Virus record (IMG/VR): IMGVR_UViG_3300045988_028354
DNA length: 64,000 bases
From: a virus
Strand: one strand, 5' to 3'
The notes under the pieces are model-generated. The model was given only the letters and a program-made list of their open reading frames with translations, made no database searches and was not told the origin of the DNA. Both the position numbers and the translations under genes were made by a program. Of this stretch, positions 63,442 to 64,000 are shown piece after piece; positions within the stretch are counted from its first letter, which is position 1, and each line of letters starts with the position of its first letter.

Positions 63442-63831
63442 TTACTCTTTAATTGTTTCTAAAGGATAAGCCTTTAGTGTTACTTTCTTGGTTGCATCCT
63501 GGACCTGGAATAAATATCCTCGATAATTATCCTCATAATAGGAGGACCAGATTGCTTCCTTTACCCTGTACCAATCTAAAGTCTTGGCACCTTTGGGGAT
63601 TCCTGTGATTAATAACATATGAGGGTTTTCTCCCAGTTGAATGTTAAAAATATCCTTGCCATCAAAGTTACCTATTACTACATAGTCCGGAAAGGTAGGA
63701 TATTCCTTTAATTTAGGATAAGGTACACCCAAACTATCTACTATGGTTTCAGGCTCTATGATTTGATTCTGAAATCGGATATTTAGTTTCGATTTACCTA
63801 TGTATAGGTCTTTGACTATATTCGTGAACAT
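63442..63831 (-). CDS. hypothetical protein
   Basis: 129-aa ORF. Confidence 0.55.
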   Translation of the reverse strand: MFTNIVKDLYIGKSKLNIRFQNQIIEPETIVDSLGVPYPKLKEYPTFPDYVVIGNFDGKDIFNIQLGENPHMLLITGIPKGAKTLDWYRVKEAIWSSYYEDNYRGYLFQVQDATKKVTLKAYPLETIKE

Positions 63832-64000
63832 ATGTAGATTATTATATGGGTTATACCTTGGTCCTTGAAGTTATTTAGGTTAGTTGCCTTTTCCTCAAGT
63901 TTCCTTAGTGTCTTTCTAGAATCTGTACAGATTCTTCTGGTTGGATTTCTAACCAGCATCAGAATATTCTCTAGTGCAGGTTGCAAAGCATTAACTGGTC
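63816..64000 (-). CDS. hypothetical protein, C-terminal part only (ORF enters from right edge)
   Basis: Frame checked codon by codon and open from 64000 to the TAG at 63818-63816 (...LEEKATNLNNFKDQGITHIIIYICSRI). Overlaps the next start by 16 nt. Confidence 0.35.
   Translation of the reverse strand, partial: PVNALQPALENILMLVRNPTRRICTDSRKTLRKLEEKATNLNNFKDQGITHIIIYICSRI

Noticed and set aside
1-64000. Stop-codon reassignment (TAG or TGA recoding), as seen in some gut phages.
   Set aside because: All large structural and replication genes read through uninterrupted with the standard code, and gene density is normal.
1-64000. Prophage boundaries, integrase or att sites.
   Set aside because: No integrase, recombinase or flanking bacterial housekeeping genes were recognised. 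The window looks like internal phage sequence throughout.

Overview
This window is a contiguous 64-kb stretch of an AT-rich tailed dsDNA phage, or the interior of a prophage. It has a contractile (myovirus-type) tail module. The host is very likely a member of the Bacteroidota, because TTTG-N19-21-TAnnTTTG promoters recur and two proteins carry BACON-like repeats. Nearly all genes are on the minus strand.

Reading right to left (the minus-strand direction):
- 64-52.4 kb: an early region of about 25 small, mostly acidic orphan genes arranged as promoter / gene(s) / hairpin cassettes. It is interrupted by a ~0.6-kb non-coding repeat hub (54.9-55.45 kb) and a low-GC island (52.4-53.7 kb).
- 52.3-50.0 kb: a plus-strand block of small genes.
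- 50.0-47.5 kb: muramidase endolysin, an HExxH protein, an antisense HNH endonuclease and a C5 DNA methyltransferase.
- 47.3-40.5 kb: packaging and head module (OMP-like protein, TerL, portal, protease/scaffold, decoration protein, major capsid protein).
- 40.4-27.1 kb: accessory virion proteins, including a PKD-domain protein, a 2072-aa fibre with an S74-type chaperone, a 1346-aa protein with about 10 BACON-like repeats, and a Cys-triplet / Gly-zipper protein.
- 27.0-8.1 kb: neck, sheath, tube, a tail chaperone with an unannotated -1 frameshift, tape measure, baseplate and tail fibre.
- 7.3-8.0 kb: a plus-strand putative regulator.
- 7.2-0.3 kb: replication module (DnaB-like helicase, primase, HNH endonuclease, ferritin-like protein, SF2 helicase).

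I recognised no tRNA, rRNA, CRISPR array, integrase or reverse transcriptase. All functional calls come from recognising motifs by eye and from gene order. No database search or folding program was available, so the functions of orphan genes are unknown. I did not find one clear-cut new system. The strongest candidates are the non-coding repeat hub, the Cys-triplet protein and the acidic early-gene array.
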